From: an uncultured bacterium
GTDB taxonomy: Bacteria > Omnitrophota > Omnitrophia > Omnitrophales > Aquincolibacteriaceae
Reading direction: 5' to 3'
NCBI GenBank assembly: GCA_964434115.1
Contig: CAYSSX010000003.1
Location: 12,554-76,553, forward strand
DNA length: 64,000 nucleotides
Part shown: in pieces, positions 61,441 to 64,000 of the stretch
Numbering within the stretch: the first letter of the stretch is position 1
How the letters are laid out: each line of letters starts with the position of its first letter
Notes under the pieces: model-generated
The model's input: only the letters and a program-made list of their open reading frames with translations
Database searches by the model: none
What the model was told of the DNA's origin: nothing
Made by a program: the position numbers and the translations under genes

Positions 61441-62490
61441 GTGCGAGACATGCAGGCCATGATTCAAAAAAGAAAAGGCTGGGCCATCGGCATGCTTTTG
61501 CTTTTTGCCGCCGCATGGGGGGAGCATCTTGCTTTGCTGGAAGGCATGAAGTTCTTCGGCGAACCGTCCTTTCAGGTTTGGAAGGATGTGACCGGCCCTG
61601 CTATCAACGCGGACATTCTGGTCTTAGGATCTTCCCGGGCGCTGGCGCATTTCGACTGCCGGATTCTTGAAAGAGCCTGGCCTGGAAAATCGTGCTACAA
61701 CCTGGGGCTGAACGGCGGCAGCGTCTTTTCCCAGCATTTTCTTTTAAAAACGTATCTTTCCCGGAATCGAGCCCCTCTTTTGGTGATTCTGGAATCTGAC
61801 GTCCGGGCTTTCATCCCGCGGCCGGACAGCCCCGGGAAAATTTACAATCCGATTCAGTATCTTCCGTATCTTGGAGAAAAGACAGTCTACCAAGGCTATT
61901 GCGCCATGGATAAAAACTGCTGGAAGCACCGGTTTATTCCTCTCTACAGCGGATACCTTTATGGCCGGCAGTTTCTGGAGTTTGCCGTGGGAGGATACCT
62001 GGGAAAAAAGAGAGCAGAACGTGTTCAAGGATTTAGCCCGAGTAAAAGTCTGTCGCCGCAAGGGTTTGAAGATTCTCTCAAAGCCGTTTCCGGCTACCGT
62101 ATTGAGGGGCCGATTTCTGAGCAGGGAAAAGCGGAGTTCAGAGATCTCCTGGCAGAGATCAGAAATCTTTCCGCAAGATTGATCGTTGTTTATGCGCCCG
62201 AACATCAGGGGATTCATGACTATGTTTCAAATGCGGCGGAGATTAAGGGAACCCTGCGAGGCGAGGCTCACCGGGCTCAAGGCGTGTATTGGGACTTTTC
62301 GTCTTTGGGGCTCACCCGGTATTCCCGCTACTTTGTCAATGTCAGGCATTTGAATGCGGAGGGGGCGGACTTTTTTTCAAAAATTTTCACAGCACGGCTC
62401 CGGCGGTACTTGGAAACAGAGGGCGTTGTGCCCGTTACTCCAGCGCCGAGGCAACAGCTTGAACCACTTGCCGGATCTGCCCGGGTGTGA
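61441..62490 (+). CDS. Hypothetical SGNH/AlgJ-DltD-like partner of the MBOAT acyltransferase
   Basis: It has an N-terminal anchor, and [16 protein letters not shown] resembles SGNH block I (GDSxx). It lies immediately downstream of the MBOAT gene, as AlgJ/DltD do. Confidence 0.4.
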   Translation: MRDMQAMIQKRKGWAIGMLLLFAAAWGEHLALLEGMKFFGEPSFQVWKDVTGPAINADILVLGSSRALAHFDCRILERAWPGKSCYNLGLNGGSVFSQHFLLKTYLSRNRAPLLVILESDVRAFIPRPDSPGKIYNPIQYLPYLGEKTVYQGYCAMDKNCWKHRFIPLYSGYLYGRQFLEFAVGGYLGKKRAERVQGFSPSKSLSPQGFEDSLKAVSGYRIEGPISEQGKAEFRDLLAEIRNLSARLIVVYAPEHQGIHDYVSNAAEIKGTLRGEAHRAQGVYWDFSSLGLTRYSRYFVNVRHLNAEGADFFSKIFTARLRRYLETEGVVPVTPAPRQQLEPLAGSARV

Positions 62491-63538
62491 TTTCTGGAAA
62501 CATCGGAAGCGAGAGAATGGACTGCGCGGCTTTTTCAGCGTGAGGGAAATCACCCCGGCGGTAACCCAGGTCTTTGTGGCATTTCAGGAGATGAACCGGT
62601 ACCGGGTAATGAACTCCGGCGCCAATTCCTTTTTTGAGAAGATGGTTTAAAACCTTGTCGCGCTGAGGAACCCGGATCACATAAAGGTGATGAACAGAGG
62701 TCATCCCGCTCATGATTTTCGGGGTGGCCACGGCGGGGATTTTCTGAAAGGCCTCGTTGTAAATTTCCGCAGCTCTTCTTCTTGCCTCGTTCCACCGGTC
62801 CAGGTATTTCAGCTTCACCCGGAGCACTGCGCCTTGGACCGAATCAAGCCGTGAGTTCACACCCTTAAGGTCATGACGGTATTTCACTTGTGAGCCGTAA
62901 TTTCCGAGGGTTTTAATAACGCGCGCCAGCTTTCCCGAGTCTGTGACCACGCAGCCCGCGTCCCCGTAAGCCCCAAGATTTTTGCTGGGGTAAAAACTGA
63001 AACAGCCCAAGTCTCCAAAACTTCCCGCCTTTTTTCCAAGGTATTCCGCGCCGTGGGCCTGGGAAGCATCCTCAATCACACGAAGATTGTGTTTTTTCGC
63101 GGTTTTAAGGATCGCGGGCATATCCGCCATTTGGCCATACAAGTGAACGGGGATAATGGCCTTGGTGCGCCGCGTCATTTTCTTTTCCAGGCCCGCGGTT
63201 TGAATATTAAAAGTCATGGGGTCGCAGTCCGTGAGGACAGGGCGCGCGCCCGTGCGAAGGATGGCTAAGGTTGTCGCGGCAAAAGTGTTGGCAGGCGCGA
63301 TGACTTCGTCTCCAGGGCCAATGCCGCAGGCGCTCAGAGCCAGGTAAAGAGCATCAAGCCCGCAGGCCGTACCGGCGGCATGACGCGTTCCGGTGTAGCG
63401 GGCAAAGTCCTTTTCAAACGCAGTAACCGCGGGGCCAAGGACATAACGCGGATCTGAGAGAACCGAAAGAACCGTCCTCTCGATTTCTTTTTTAATCTGT
63501 TTGTGCTGAGCCTTTAAATCAACAAGAGGAATCCGCAT
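62435..63538 (-). CDS. DegT/DnrJ/EryC1/StrS-family PLP-dependent sugar aminotransferase
   Basis: [10 protein letters not shown], the active-site Lys region [16 protein letters not shown] and the C-terminal [11 protein letters not shown] are present. Confidence 0.85.
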   Translation of the reverse strand: MRIPLVDLKAQHKQIKKEIERTVLSVLSDPRYVLGPAVTAFEKDFARYTGTRHAAGTACGLDALYLALSACGIGPGDEVIAPANTFAATTLAILRTGARPVLTDCDPMTFNIQTAGLEKKMTRRTKAIIPVHLYGQMADMPAILKTAKKHNLRVIEDASQAHGAEYLGKKAGSFGDLGCFSFYPSKNLGAYGDAGCVVTDSGKLARVIKTLGNYGSQVKYRHDLKGVNSRLDSVQGAVLRVKLKYLDRWNEARRRAAEIYNEAFQKIPAVATPKIMSGMTSVHHLYVIRVPQRDKVLNHLLKKGIGAGVHYPVPVHLLKCHKDLGYRRGDFPHAEKAAQSILSLPMFPEITPGQIRQVVQAVASALE

Positions 63539-63542
63539 CGTG

Positions 63543-64000
63543 TTACTTTCTAAGGCCTAGCCCCAGGAGAAAGATGGGCCGGAGAATGGACCACCAATCA
63601 CACCAGGGATTCATTTTGGAATAAGGCATGTTATCGCCTACAGGATAGATTTTGCTTACCGGAACTTCTTGATACCGGAAACCCGAGGTGAGGGCTTTGA
63701 ATAAAAGGTAAGGCTCCAGTTCATAGTGATCAAGCCACGGCTGATCGATTTGAATGCGCGGATCCTTCAGCACCGCGAGGCGAAGGGCGCGAAAACCGTT
63801 GGTGCTGTCTGTGACTTTCCGGCCGCAAAAGAAAGACATAAGCACAGGGTGAAGCCATTTTGTCGCGATGAGCCTGTGAAAGGGAAGACCGTCGTAGCGG
63901 CCGCCTTTGAGAAAACGCGATCCCTGAACAAAATCCGCATCGCCCTTCAGAAGAGGCTCCAGCAGAAGCGGTATTTCCGCGGGATCATCTTTGGTGTTGC
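63543..64000 (-). CDS. GT2-family glycosyltransferase, C-terminal part (the gene continues beyond the window end)
   Basis: The C-terminus TNGFRALRL...[22 protein letters not shown] is typical of polyprenyl-phosphate GT2 enzymes. The reading frame continues upstream of the listed Met to the window edge. Confidence 0.45.
   Translation of the reverse strand, partial: NTKDDPAEIPLLLEPLLKGDADFVQGSRFLKGGRYDGLPFHRLIATKWLHPVLMSFFCGRKVTDSTNGFRALRLAVLKDPRIQIDQPWLDHYELEPYLLFKALTSGFRYQEVPVSKIYPVGDNMPYSKMNPWCDWWSILRPIFLLGLGLRK

Overview
This 64 kb window comes from a bacterial chromosome of roughly 52-55% GC. I cannot place the organism from the sequence alone. The OFOR, cytochrome c peroxidase, DsbD and Bcp gene set is compatible with an anaerobe or microaerophile. 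Ordinary core genes fill positions 9-37 kb: HDAC-family deacetylase, rmlC, a Sir2 / HExxH-peptidase / ATP-grasp operon, truD, pdxH, a histidine kinase with a ZIP transporter, serC, cytochrome c peroxidase, a korAB 2-oxoacid:ferredoxin oxidoreductase flanked by CBS-domain genes, dsbD, redoxins, an M48 lipoprotein, metF, bcp and the rpsB-tsf-pyrH-frr cluster followed by tRNA-Lys. They are interrupted by three paralogous giant ORFs of 2678, 2303 and 4323 aa at 797..8833, 37461..44372 and 44528..57499. All three begin with a hydrophobic N-terminal anchor followed by a shared module of about 600-700 aa with two invariant His motifs (QDAH..EAQ and GGFH). Each then carries a different set of recognisable sugar-metabolism enzyme domains. 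Giant 1 has a GlmS-like class-II amidotransferase region plus a SIS domain. Giant 2 has a UDP-glucose/GDP-mannose dehydrogenase. Giant 3 has an FPGT/fucokinase-like nucleotidyltransferase, a CheR-like methyltransferase, a CBM-like module, a GT5 glycogen/starch-synthase-like domain, a second class-I methyltransferase and a PEP-utilising phosphohistidine domain with its PEP-binding barrel. A short peptide motif, R(S/A)ELR, recurs at least ten times and sits almost exactly at the predicted boundaries between domains in all three giants. The codons differ between copies, so it is not a DNA repeat. It may be a processing or linker signal that makes these proteins polyproteins or a scaffolded glycan assembly line. 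Giant 1 is preceded by a textbook sigma-54 -24/-12 promoter and by an M48 metallopeptidase gene. Giants 2 and 3 follow tRNA-Lys and a 150-bp duplicated copy of the tRNA 3' end plus its terminator, which resembles an att site. Downstream of the giants, after tRNA-Glu, lie glycan-modification genes: Sua5/TsaC, an MFS transporter, an MBOAT O-acyltransferase, an SGNH/AlgJ-like protein, a DegT aminotransferase and a GT2 glycosyltransferase. All domain calls rest on motifs I can see by eye in the translations. None could be confirmed by database search.
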